64,000 nt of DNA. Origin: an uncultured Gammaproteobacteria bacterium. GTDB taxonomy: Bacteria; Patescibacteriota; Patescibacteriia; CAZGFX01. Numbering within the stretch: the stretch's first letter is position 1; every line of letters starts with the position of its first letter. The notes beneath the pieces are model-generated. The model saw only the letters and a program-made list of their open reading frames with translations. It was not told the DNA's origin and ran no database searches. The stretch is from assembly GCA_964524845.1 (NCBI GenBank), contig CAZGFX010000001.1, positions 139,823 through 203,822 on the forward strand. Reading direction: 5' to 3'. Both the position numbers and the translations under genes were made by a program. This document shows positions 32,082-40,877 of this stretch, piece after piece.

Positions 32082-33533
32082 ATGAAAGAACTTACAATAC
32101 AAGATATTATCAATTTACTGAATTCTTACCACAGAGAACCAGATTGTGATATTGTAAAATATGCCTACGAGTTTGCAGAAAACGCTCATAGTGGTTATGT
32201 TCGTGCATCAGGAGAACCATATATTGTTCACTCCCTCGCAACAGCCCACACTCTAACCCGTATGAATCTAGATACCGAGACAATTGTCGCCGGTTTGCTT
32301 CATGATGTTCCGGAAGACACTGATATAACAATAGAAATGATAGGAAAAGAATTCGGTAATGATGTCATGGCTCTTGTTCAAGGTGTTACAAAACTCGGAC
32401 AAATCAAGTACAGAGGAATAGAGAGATATGCTGAGAATCTTCGTAAAATGTTCCTCGCCATGGCGGAAGATGTTCGTATTATTTTTATAAAATTTGCTGA
32501 TCGAATACATAATCTCGAAACACTTGAACACTTACCACAAGAAAAGCAAAAAAGAATCGCTATAGAATCATTGGAAATATACTCATCCATCGCTCACAGA
32601 CTCGGCATGGGAGAAATGAAAAACAGACTAGAACAACACGCCTTCCCTTTCGCATATCCGGAAGCTTATGAGGAAACAAAAAAAGCACTCGAATCAAGAG
32701 TTAAATCAAATAAAAACGTACTCGAAAAAATGAGTTTTCAGATCAAACAACTTTTGGAAAAAAATAATATTCCTTTTTTTGAAATTGATAAACGCTATAA
32801 AGGAATGTATTCTTTGTATAAAAAAATGGTAGTGAAACATACGGACATAAATGAAATATATGATCTTAATGCACTTCGCATCATCACGGATATGAATGAT
32901 CATTGTTATAATATCCTCGGCATCATTCACGCGAACTGGAAACCGCTTCCGGGTCGTATAAAGGATTATATCGCTATGCCTAAAATAAATGGTTATCAAT
33001 CACTCCATACGACCGTTTTTTCGGAAAAAAACAATATGATAGAAATACAAATACGAACCAAGGAAATGCATGAACAAGCTGAATTTGGTATTGCTCCACA
33101 TTATTATTATAAAGAAAAAGGAAAAAGCACATTTCTGCCGAACACAGCACAATGGATAAAAGATGTTCTTTTACTCCAAAAAGACATCAAAGATAATGAA
33201 AATTATTTAAAAAGAATTCGTCTTGATATTTTTCAAGATAGAATCTTTGTGTTTACACCGCGCGGAGATGTTATCGATTTACCAGAACAAGCAACTATCG
33301 TTGATTTTGCATATGAACTTCATTCCGACATCGGAGATAAGTGCGAGAGAGCAAAAATAAACGGGAAACTAGTTGCTCTCGATACGATATTAAAAAGTGG
33401 AGACGTAGTAGAAATAGAAACTAACAAAAACAGAAAAAAACCAAATTCTGATTGGCTTCTTTTCGTAAAAACACACAAGGCGCAGCTTCATATAAGACAA
33501 GCGAACGAGAATAAAAAAAACAAACAAGACTGA
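32082..33533 (+). CDS. rel: Compact bifunctional (p)ppGpp synthetase/hydrolase of the RelA/SpoT family (HD + synthetase + TGS domains; no ACT domain)
   Basis: HD motif HSLATAHTL...LHDVPEDT; synthetase motif DYIAMPKINGYQSLHTTV; TGS domain IFVFTPRGDVIDLPEQATIVDFAYELHSDIG. Confidence 0.9.
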   Translation: MKELTIQDIINLLNSYHREPDCDIVKYAYEFAENAHSGYVRASGEPYIVHSLATAHTLTRMNLDTETIVAGLLHDVPEDTDITIEMIGKEFGNDVMALVQGVTKLGQIKYRGIERYAENLRKMFLAMAEDVRIIFIKFADRIHNLETLEHLPQEKQKRIAIESLEIYSSIAHRLGMGEMKNRLEQHAFPFAYPEAYEETKKALESRVKSNKNVLEKMSFQIKQLLEKNNIPFFEIDKRYKGMYSLYKKMVVKHTDINEIYDLNALRIITDMNDHCYNILGIIHANWKPLPGRIKDYIAMPKINGYQSLHTTVFSEKNNMIEIQIRTKEMHEQAEFGIAPHYYYKEKGKSTFLPNTAQWIKDVLLLQKDIKDNENYLKRIRLDIFQDRIFVFTPRGDVIDLPEQATIVDFAYELHSDIGDKCERAKINGKLVALDTILKSGDVVEIETNKNRKKPNSDWLLFVKTHKAQLHIRQANENKKNKQD

Positions 33534-33546
33534 TTATTTTCCTTTT

Positions 33547-34437
33547 TTAACGCTTCAAAATACTTGATATTCTTCTCAAATCTCCTGGAGTCGAATATGT
33601 TATAGAAACACTTCCTTTTCCGTTCTTGTCATTAATAACTACTTTTGTTCCAAGTGATCGTGAAAACTCCTTTTCCAAAAGAACGAGGTCTGCTCGCTTA
33701 ATATTAAGTATTGATACCGAGGATTTTGCATCATGTTTTTTTATAACCTTCTCAGTATCACGGACCGTCATTCCGGCCGCAAGTATTTGTTTGTATAATT
33801 GAATTCGTTCTATATCATTTCCTATTGCGAGAATGAGTTTTGCATGAGCAAATGTCAGACGTCCTTCTGCAAGAGCCTTCTGAATCTCTCCTGGTAGCTC
33901 GAGAACGCGAAGTGTGTTCGCTACGGTCGAACGTTTCTTTCCAAGACGTTTCGCCGCTTCGTCTTGTGTAAGACCGAATTCATCAATCAATTGTTTATAA
34001 CTTTGAGCAAGTTCTATAATATTAAGATCCTGACGTTGTATATTTTCAATGAGTGCGAGTTCCAACTTCTCCATCTCTTCCGCTCGTTTGAGAATCACCG
34101 GCACCGTTTCAAGTCCGGCTTCACGAGCGGCGCGTAGACGACGCTCACCTGATATGAGCTGTACTTTATCCGAATGAGGATCTTTTGAAACAACTAACGG
34201 CTGAATAATTCCGTGCTGTTTGATTGATTCTACAAGACCCGATAATTCCTCTTGATCAAAATTGCGGCGCGGCTGATATGGATTAACATCAATATTATCA
34301 ACTGGGATATATAAAATGTTTTGTTCGTTCTTTTTTCCTGTTGGAAGAATAATCCGATCTATCTGTGTTTCGGCTGTTTTTATTCTGTGCGGGATAAGAG
34401 ATCCTAGTCCTTTTCCAAGCGGAGATTTGTTATTCAT
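33547..34437 (-). CDS. parB: Chromosome partitioning protein ParB (Spo0J)
   Basis: ParB box GERRLRAAREAGLETVPV with an HTH region; 13 nt downstream of parA. Confidence 0.9.
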   Translation of the reverse strand: MNNKSPLGKGLGSLIPHRIKTAETQIDRIILPTGKKNEQNILYIPVDNIDVNPYQPRRNFDQEELSGLVESIKQHGIIQPLVVSKDPHSDKVQLISGERRLRAAREAGLETVPVILKRAEEMEKLELALIENIQRQDLNIIELAQSYKQLIDEFGLTQDEAAKRLGKKRSTVANTLRVLELPGEIQKALAEGRLTFAHAKLILAIGNDIERIQLYKQILAAGMTVRDTEKVIKKHDAKSSVSILNIKRADLVLLEKEFSRSLGTKVVINDKNGKGSVSITYSTPGDLRRISSILKR

Positions 34438-34448
34438 ATATATAAATT

Positions 34449-35228
34449 TTATGTTTCGTTTTTTTCCATTGCGATTATTTCTTTTGCAAGCGCCTCATAC
34501 GCAGCCGCGCCGCGAGACGAAGCATCATAAAGTGAGATCGGCTTCCCAAAAGAAGGCGCTTCAGCGAGTTTCACGTTACGCGGAACCACTGATGAAAAAA
34601 TTCTATCAGGAAAATGATTTTTTAGCTCTTCAAACACAGCCTCCGAAAGTTTGTTTCGCCCGTCGTACATAGTAAGTACAGCGCCCAGAATACCTACTTT
34701 TGGTTGAAGATGCTTTTGAACTAGATATATCGTATGAAGTAATTGTCCTAGTCCTTCAAGCGCATAATATTCACATTGAACAGGTACTAGAATTTCTCTA
34801 GCCGCAACAATTCCATTAATTGTTAGAAGTCCTAGTGTCGGCGGACAATCAATAATAATATAATCATAAAAACTCTCTATTTCTTTCAAACAATCCTCTA
34901 GACGAAATTCTCTTCGGGCCTCTTCAACAAGTTCAATATTCGCTCCAGCGAGATTCGGAGTACTTGGAGCAAGATGTAATCCATCAATTGTTGTAAGTTT
35001 CAACACATCTCTCATCTTCACACCACCGTTAGTAGTCATGACTTCATACATACCCTCGCCGACCGAAGCATGATCAATACCAAATCCCGAGCTCGCGTTT
35101 GCTTGTGGATCAAGATCAACTACCAACACTTTCTTTCCAAGTGTCGCTAGATATGCGGACACATTAATTGCGGTCGTGGTCTTCCCGACCCCGCCTTTTT
35201 GATTTACAATAGCTATTGTTCTAGGCAT
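34449..35228 (-). CDS. parA: Chromosome partitioning ATPase ParA (Soj)
   Basis: Deviant Walker A NQKGGVGKTTTAINVSAYLA. Confidence 0.95.
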   Translation of the reverse strand: MPRTIAIVNQKGGVGKTTTAINVSAYLATLGKKVLVVDLDPQANASSGFGIDHASVGEGMYEVMTTNGGVKMRDVLKLTTIDGLHLAPSTPNLAGANIELVEEARREFRLEDCLKEIESFYDYIIIDCPPTLGLLTINGIVAAREILVPVQCEYYALEGLGQLLHTIYLVQKHLQPKVGILGAVLTMYDGRNKLSEAVFEELKNHFPDRIFSSVVPRNVKLAEAPSFGKPISLYDASSRGAAAYEALAKEIIAMEKNET

Positions 35229-35401
35229 GATAGAACTTTAAAAGTATTATGTGGCCTTATCTTACTAAAAAATCATAATTTATTCAACGACGGAAACACC
35301 ATTTCAAGGCGTGATTAACACATATAAAAAGAGTTGATTTAATTGGCTAACATAGTATACTTTCTATCGTTAGAAATGAATGCTTTTATTAATTTATACA
35401 T

Positions 35402-35779
35402 GCCCGGATGGCGGAACTGGTATGCCTGATCTAGTTTATCCCGTTCGCGGGACTTTGCGGGATACCAGGCAGGCATTCTGCAATCAGATGCGGCCTCCGC
35501 CGCAATCTAACATTTGGCCCTCGTTTGCTTCGCGCACTCGGGATGCAGTAGGCCTGATCCCGCTTTGCGGGATACCTGGCAGGCATTCTGCAAGAGGATC
35601 CCGCCACCGCGGGAATCTAACATTTGGCCCTCGTTTGCTTCGCGCACTCGGGATGCAGTAGGCCTGATCCCGCTTTGCGGGATACCTGGCAGGCATTCTG
35701 CAAGAGGATCCCGCCACCGCGGGAATCTAACATTTGGCCCTCGTTTGCTTCGCGCACTCGGGATGCAGTAGACGCGCAG
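35402..35779 (+). repeat. Interrupted partial copy of tRNA-Leu. Nucleotides 1-21 (35402-35422) and 22-30 (gacgcgcag, 35771-35779) are split by a GC-rich array of 3 tandem units of 129, 110 and 110 bp at 35423-35770. Units 2 and 3 are identical; unit 1 is diverged with compensatory hairpin changes.
   Basis: Direct sequence reading. The units begin gcctgatcc... and end ...cactcgggatgcagtag. Predicted plus ORFs 35380..35872 are repeat artefacts. About 10 nt of 5' leader is also duplicated (tttatacatGCCCGG vs ttttacatGCCCGG). Confidence 0.85.
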
Positions 35780-35822
35780 AATAAAAAGAAGTACATTATT
35801 AGAAAGAGTTTATATTTTACAT

Positions 35823-35910
35823 GCCCGGATGGCGGAACTGGTAGACGCGCAGGACTCAAAATCCTGTTCTAGATAATAGAGTGAGAGTTCGATTCTCTCT
35901 CCGGGCACCA
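35823..35910 (+). tRNA. tRNA-Leu(CAA), class II with a long variable arm and encoded CCA
   Basis: Folded by hand: acceptor GCCCGGA/TCCGGGC, 3-bp D stem GCG/CGC, anticodon stem CAGGA/TCCTG, loop CTCAAAA, T arm GAGAG-TTCGATT-CTCTC, discriminator A, CCA. Confidence 0.9.
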
Positions 35911-36052
35911 GCCTTCGCTCTGCGAGCTACGGCTGGCGCAGCCAGTCGTAAAGCGAGCAGCTAAGAGAAGTGCTAGTCCTTCCGAAGTTCCGCGAAGTGG
36001 AACGAAGGAGGACACAATTCTTTTTTTGTACAACAAAACATTTCTCACACAT

Positions 36053-36128
36053 GGCTAGGTAGCTCAGTTGGTAGAGCACAGGACTCATAAGCCTGCGGTC
36101 GCGAGTTCAAGCCTCGCCCTAGCCACCA
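36053..36128 (+). tRNA. tRNA with CAT anticodon, elongator Met type (possibly tRNA-Ile2/lysidine); G1-C72 paired; encoded CCA
   Basis: Acceptor GGCTAGG/CCTAGCC, D arm GCTC-AGTTGGTA-GAGC, anticodon loop CTCATAA, T loop GTTCAAG. Confidence 0.85.
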
Positions 36129-36130
36129 AT

Positions 36131-36165
36131 TAAAAAACACCCTTTGCAGGATGTTTTTTTATTTT
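36131..36165. terminator. Bidirectional rho-independent terminator (aacaccctttgcaggatgtt flanked by A-run and T-run)
   Basis: Hairpin with one mismatch followed by T7. The reverse complement gives a hairpin plus T-run for the convergent minus-strand gene ending at 36184. Confidence 0.7.
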
Positions 36166-36183
36166 CAAAAAATTTTTCTTATA

Positions 36184-37335
36184 TCACTCAGAATTATCTT
36201 CTTCCCAGGCGCCATTTCTGAATCTAATTACATTAAGCGTTCTTTTCGAATTTCCTTTTTCATTAAATTTCAATGATCCGGAAATACCGTTGTAATTGGT
36301 TTTCAATAACTGATTAGCAATACATTGTGAGTCTCTTATTTTTCCTTCTTTCTTACACGCAGAAATTGCATCAGTCAAAACATATATATCGTCATACATA
36401 TATGCCACATCAGCCGCTGGCTTTCGTCCATATTTCGCTTGATATTTCAGAGAAAAATCTTTTTGTTCTTGGTTGAAACCAGTTTCTGTAACCCAGTGCC
36501 AAACACTTACTGATTTATTTTCTTCAAAAAGCGCTTTCGTATCATCGGTATTTGCAACAGGAAGAAACGGAGCAATCCAATGTAATATCGGGGTATTTAT
36601 CATTCCCATTTCTTTTACTTGTTTCATTAGAATATGCTCGTGTCTCCATGCACATACTACAATTGCCTCGGATTTCATTTCTTTTATCTTTAATAATGGC
36701 GTCTTGAGATCCGTGCTTGTTGAATTGTATGTTTCTTTACCAACAAGAGTCACTCCATTTCCTTTTATACCATCCATAAACCCTTGTTCATATTGTAAGC
36801 ACTGATCACTTACTTCAGATAGAAAAGCAATGTTTTTATACCCTTTTTTTATTACAGTTTCAGCCACTAATGATCCGCTGTCTCCTGCATCGAAATAATC
36901 TCTAAAAAACAAAGGGTTGCTTTCTGCAATATCACGAACGGTTGATGCATAAAACATTACTTTATTATTATCTGCAACTATTGTTTTAACCGCATTTGTA
37001 ATGTTTGTAAAAGCTGAAATAATAATATCAGCTTTATCAACAGTAAGCATTTTCGAAACTGTGCTAGCAGCTTGTTTCGGTTCGCCAGCATTATCTTCTG
37101 TTACAAGTTTAATAGGCGTTCCATCAATTCCTCCTTTTGCATTTATTTCTTCAACTGCCATACTCATTCCATGAAATTCCGCCTCACCTATATATGCCAA
37201 ATTACCAGATAAGGCCAATGTCGCTCCTATAACAATTGGTTTTTCGGTTTCGTTGTTTTTTGTATCCTTAAAAAACACATATCCTACAACAATTACTATA
37301 ATAATACCTAGAACAATAACAATTTTTTTATTCAT
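36184..37335 (-). CDS. ABC transporter substrate-binding protein, periplasmic-binding type I (branched-chain amino acid LivJ/LivK-like), membrane-anchored
   Basis: N-terminal TM helix, then IVIGATLALSGNLAYIGEAEFHGMSMAVEEINAKGGIDGTPIKLVTEDNAGEP, typical of the PBP1/Leu-Ile-Val-binding family. Confidence 0.85.
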   Translation of the reverse strand: MNKKIVIVLGIIIVIVVGYVFFKDTKNNETEKPIVIGATLALSGNLAYIGEAEFHGMSMAVEEINAKGGIDGTPIKLVTEDNAGEPKQAASTVSKMLTVDKADIIISAFTNITNAVKTIVADNNKVMFYASTVRDIAESNPLFFRDYFDAGDSGSLVAETVIKKGYKNIAFLSEVSDQCLQYEQGFMDGIKGNGVTLVGKETYNSTSTDLKTPLLKIKEMKSEAIVVCAWRHEHILMKQVKEMGMINTPILHWIAPFLPVANTDDTKALFEENKSVSVWHWVTETGFNQEQKDFSLKYQAKYGRKPAADVAYMYDDIYVLTDAISACKKEGKIRDSQCIANQLLKTNYNGISGSLKFNEKGNSKRTLNVIRFRNGAWEEDNSE

Positions 37336-37570
37336 AACTATTTATAAATGTATAATATTTATAGTATACGCTCTTTTCCACAAAAAATATATTTTATCCC
37401 CTAGTATCAAAACGAAAAAACATATATAATTTCGAAGCCCTGATAACAATTAGGGATCAATTCTTTTGTGTGGTAGTCTCAAACATCTACCCACCGGCAC
37501 CGCTTAGCGGTGGTGCCGTATACAAACAAATTTTTAGGAAACGAACGACTTATTTTACAATTAAGGTTTT

Positions 37571-39001
37571 TTAATAAATCATTTCCCCATCCGCATATTT
37601 AACCAACTCCTCCTCTGATGTTGTTATTACCTTTTTCCAATCAAAACGACGATTTGTAAATGCCTGGGCACTCGCAATTGCATGTTTAATTCCTCCGTCT
37701 ATATAATAAACCGAAGATCTTCCTTTGGTTTTTACAAGAGATCCATTTGGTAACTCCGCTGGATATATAGTGAGTCCTTCTGTATATACGTCTAATGATT
37801 CTGGAGGAAGAGTCACAATATCATACCAATCATATCCGAGAGAAAGAAAGGCTCGTTCAGATACAAAGGGTCTCTTCATACCATTTTCTATTCTATATAC
37901 AGTTGGTGTATAAAATCCTTTCACAATTGTTCCGTTTTTTTGTTTCTGGGTAAGAGGAGTGTAATCTGAAGAAACGGAGTATTTGCTAAATTCAAGTTCC
38001 CCTACAGTATCTGCTGTTTTTTCGTATTCACGAGCTGAGTTTTGATCGGCAACTATACGAGCAACACCATCTTCGATGCGATACACCGAAGACTGGTCTT
38101 CTTTCACAATTATAGAGCCTGTTGGACGCTCTATGAAATCTCCATCGAGAATTTGAAGTGTTTTTTTCATAAAATTATCATCTCGAGTACGCTCCGGATA
38201 TAAAAGTTCCTGACCATTAATAGTGAAATATAGTTCGTGTGCTCCTGATTTTGAAAAATACCCATCATATATGAAATCAATATATTCACTTCCTTCTAGA
38301 GGGTTTGAAAGTGTCGGAAGCGAGCGCGAAAATGTAGGAGACGCGGAAGTCTCTATAAACGATGGAAAATATTTATCAATAAACATGAATGGAGTAGAAA
38401 AAGGCATTGGAGCCCCATCGTTACGTACACGAACTATAAGTTTAATCGGTTCATATGAATGTACATTTGCAATTGGTTTCGTAAATATATCATCAATTGC
38501 CAAATCTACTTTTGCTCCAAAAGATAAATTTGGAACACCAACAGGAACGAAGTGCGTAAATTTGTTATTCTCTTTATTTCTCTCATAAACCTGTGTCGTC
38601 GGATCAAATGTAAAAGTCACGAAATGATATCCTTTTTCTGCAAAAACACCCTCTACAATAATATCAAAATAAGCTCCTGTACGAAGCGGAGTGTTCTGAT
38701 CAATACGCAAAAAAGTACCTAGACGAGGAGTTCCTATCATTTCAAAACCATCGGCCTCAACCGATACATTGTCTATTCCTCTACCTGAATATAAATATCC
38801 TCCATTGTTCACAATACGATATGCGATGATTGTTTTTTCTCCTGGTACTGGAGCAAGTGGTGTTAATGTCACTTGAGACACTACAAAATCAGGATCCGCA
38901 TCCACGGCTCGCGCAATCTGTATCTGCATCGCAAATGCAAATGCAAGAAAAAATGTAAGATAAATAATTTTATGTATATTCATATCGTACTTTCTTACCA
39001 C
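37571..39001 (-). CDS. Hypothetical secreted protein (476 aa)
   Basis: Signal peptide ...YLTFFLAFAFAMQIQIARAVDA; no recognisable domain by eye. Confidence 0.6.
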   Translation of the reverse strand: MVRKYDMNIHKIIYLTFFLAFAFAMQIQIARAVDADPDFVVSQVTLTPLAPVPGEKTIIAYRIVNNGGYLYSGRGIDNVSVEADGFEMIGTPRLGTFLRIDQNTPLRTGAYFDIIVEGVFAEKGYHFVTFTFDPTTQVYERNKENNKFTHFVPVGVPNLSFGAKVDLAIDDIFTKPIANVHSYEPIKLIVRVRNDGAPMPFSTPFMFIDKYFPSFIETSASPTFSRSLPTLSNPLEGSEYIDFIYDGYFSKSGAHELYFTINGQELLYPERTRDDNFMKKTLQILDGDFIERPTGSIIVKEDQSSVYRIEDGVARIVADQNSAREYEKTADTVGELEFSKYSVSSDYTPLTQKQKNGTIVKGFYTPTVYRIENGMKRPFVSERAFLSLGYDWYDIVTLPPESLDVYTEGLTIYPAELPNGSLVKTKGRSSVYYIDGGIKHAIASAQAFTNRRFDWKKVITTSEEELVKYADGEMIY

Positions 39002-39219
39002 ATTCTATTAAAAAAGTCAATGTGTGACCTGTATAAAAAGACATGAAAACATCGCTTTTCCCCTGTTTTAAGCCAAAAACTACCTGTGTATTTATATGTA
39101 TGAAAAAACTTATAAATCCTTTTTATGTGTACCAACAACAAAAAACCGAAGAGCTCGGCGTGGTATATAATATAATATAATAAAATAAAACAAGTTCGCA
39201 AAGCGTGTATATATAGATT

Positions 39220-40038
39220 CTACTTTTTTTTAGAAATCATTACTTTCATAGGCCAATTTAAAGAATACAAGCCGGTTTTCTCTTCTATTCCTAGAATTTC
39301 TTCTGCACCTTTAAGACACTCTTGAGGCGTTGTTTTGGTCATTGCATGAATTTTATACAAGAATGTTCCAATCTCATCTTTGTTTTTAAATTTCCACTTA
39401 ATATCAAGGTAATATATTTTTGGCTTTTCTAAATTTGATAAAAAACAAAGGCTTTCTGCAAATTCATCTGTCCAAAAGGCGACTTCGTGTCCTGTCACAC
39501 AAAATTTTGCGACCTTGTCATCAAAGTGTTTTGCCAGTTTTGATCCATGCCAAACATCAACAATAACTAATCTTCCGTTCTTTTTTAGTATTCTTGCAAA
39601 ATTTTGGAAAGACTTTGTTTTATTAAAACAATGATGCATCGCACCAAAAGACCAAATAGCATCAACGACTTCTTTTTCTAATGTTAGAACATCTGCACCC
39701 TCTTCAACTAATTTTACGTTTTTCTTTTGTAACTTTTTAACCTCTTCTAATTGTTCACTCGATGGATCTGATACGATAAGTTTTTTTACCATATTAGATA
39801 AGGTTTCTGAAAAAAAACCACTTCCGGCTCCAATCTCTAGAACAATTTCGTCCTCTTTTGGCGCAAGATATTTTTTCATAACCTCAATATCTTCATCTCT
39901 TGCGTGAGGAAATTCTCTTAAACACTCTTTATATAAGCTAGCTCTAATACCACTAAATTCTGCCATAATATTTCGATAATCCCTAAGTTTTATAAAAACA
40001 TTACTGCCCCTGTGGAGTAAGTGAACACCCTTGCTCAA
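39220..40038 (-). CDS. Class I SAM-dependent methyltransferase
   Basis: Motif I VLEIGAGSGFFSETL. Confidence 0.8.
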   Translation of the reverse strand: MSKGVHLLHRGSNVFIKLRDYRNIMAEFSGIRASLYKECLREFPHARDEDIEVMKKYLAPKEDEIVLEIGAGSGFFSETLSNMVKKLIVSDPSSEQLEEVKKLQKKNVKLVEEGADVLTLEKEVVDAIWSFGAMHHCFNKTKSFQNFARILKKNGRLVIVDVWHGSKLAKHFDDKVAKFCVTGHEVAFWTDEFAESLCFLSNLEKPKIYYLDIKWKFKNKDEIGTFLYKIHAMTKTTPQECLKGAEEILGIEEKTGLYSLNWPMKVMISKKK

Positions 40039-40495
40039 AACCCTTCTCTGTAATTTTATAAAGTCCCGGAACAGGAAGCTCTGAATCTTTTATGCCTTTT
40101 TCCAAATAAAAACACACTTCATACTTATCCTTGTCAGGAGAAATACCAAATGAATAATTACATGATTTTGCAACACCATTATAACAAACCTGTGTTCCTG
40201 ACGGATCGTTGTATGCACCAAGTTGGATAAATTGTGAAACCTCCTGATCATCACACGCGGATAGGGCTGCACCGGCAACACATGCTCCTGCCTGACTCTT
40301 CAGTGCATACGTGCCTTTCGTATTAAAAAACATTGAGAATCCAGCTCGCACTTCGCGCATGTGTGCGATGCGCACGACATCTCGTGTTGTTGTGCGCGAC
40401 ATGGTTGAAGTAAGAACGACCACAGAGATACAAATACCGACGAATATTATAACGCCCGCCAGTACATAAAGTTTTTTCTTTAAAGAATCATCCAT
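40001..40495 (-). CDS. Membrane-anchored, Cys-rich extracytoplasmic protein (164 aa); possibly pseudopilin-like or PilN/PilO-like, given its placement downstream of pilM
   Basis: Single N-terminal TM helix (VLAGVIIFVGICISVVVL) followed by RDVVRIAHMREVRAGFSMFF, which resembles the post-TM segment of CPR pilins and pseudopilins. There is no canonical G|F prepilin cleavage site. Confidence 0.5.
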   Translation of the reverse strand: MDDSLKKKLYVLAGVIIFVGICISVVVLTSTMSRTTTRDVVRIAHMREVRAGFSMFFNTKGTYALKSQAGACVAGAALSACDDQEVSQFIQLGAYNDPSGTQVCYNGVAKSCNYSFGISPDKDKYEVCFYLEKGIKDSELPVPGLYKITEKGFEQGCSLTPQGQ

Positions 40496-40508
40496 AAATG
40501 AATTATTA

Positions 40509-40874
40509 TTATAAAAATTTTTTAGCCATAGTTATTACTTCAGCAGGAAGAAAGTGTTGCTTGATAACATATTCACACGCTCCTTCATCAAGACATTCGC
40601 TGATAACATTTCTGTCTGTCATATCAGTATAGATAATTACCGGTATCTTCTTTGGTCGTGCGCATCGCGCGATCTCAATTCCATCAATCTGCCCTGGTAT
40701 GTGTTCTGTCAAAATCAATGAAATTCCTTCTTCGTCAATTGTTCGAAGTGCTTTTTCTGTATCGTGAACGTGTTTTATATCTACTAATTCTTCGGAAAAA
40801 TATTCTCTATATATATCAGGAAGAATCGGGTCATTATCAACGATCAAAACTGTTTTTGTTGTTTCTCCTGACAT
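40509..40874 (-). CDS. Stand-alone response regulator receiver (CheY-like) domain protein
   Basis: VLIVDNDP...; conserved phospho-acceptor and K region (SLILTEHIPGQIDGIEI...KKIPVIIYT). Confidence 0.85.
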   Translation of the reverse strand: MSGETTKTVLIVDNDPILPDIYREYFSEELVDIKHVHDTEKALRTIDEEGISLILTEHIPGQIDGIEIARCARPKKIPVIIYTDMTDRNVISECLDEGACEYVIKQHFLPAEVITMAKKFL

Positions 40875-40877
40875 AAA

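Noticed and set aside
35423-35771. CRISPR array
   Set aside because: The unit is 110 bp with no unique spacers; units 2 and 3 are identical end to end. There are no cas genes in the window.
35402-35822. tRNA-Leu with a large intron (group I/II) or a split tRNA
   Set aside because: The insertion is in the D-loop (position 21/22). After nt 22-30 the sequence does not continue the tRNA, and an intact tRNA-Leu with its own leader follows 43 nt later. This is therefore a partial duplicate, not an interrupted functional gene.
35380-35872. Plus and minus ORFs of 77-93 aa over the 110-bp tandem repeats (MALVCFAHSGCSRPD... repeated)
   Set aside because: The identical peptide repeats simply mirror the identical DNA units. 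There is no start context, and the region is better explained as a non-coding repeat array.
33547-36000. Canonical parS (TGTTNCACGTGAAACA) near parAB
   Set aside because: No match was seen by eye in the parAB flanks. The 110-bp repeats are offered only as a speculative alternative centromere-like site.
35911-36052. 4.5S/SRP RNA or other known ncRNA between the two tRNAs
   Set aside because: I could not find the conserved domain-IV symmetric-loop or GNRA motifs of SRP RNA on either strand. Kept only as a low-confidence structured spacer.
37480-37530. GC-rich hairpin ccaccggcaccgcttagcggtggtgccg, downstream of the gene ending at 37571
   Set aside because: It could be a terminator, but it lacks a clean T-run on the relevant strand. 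Left unannotated.
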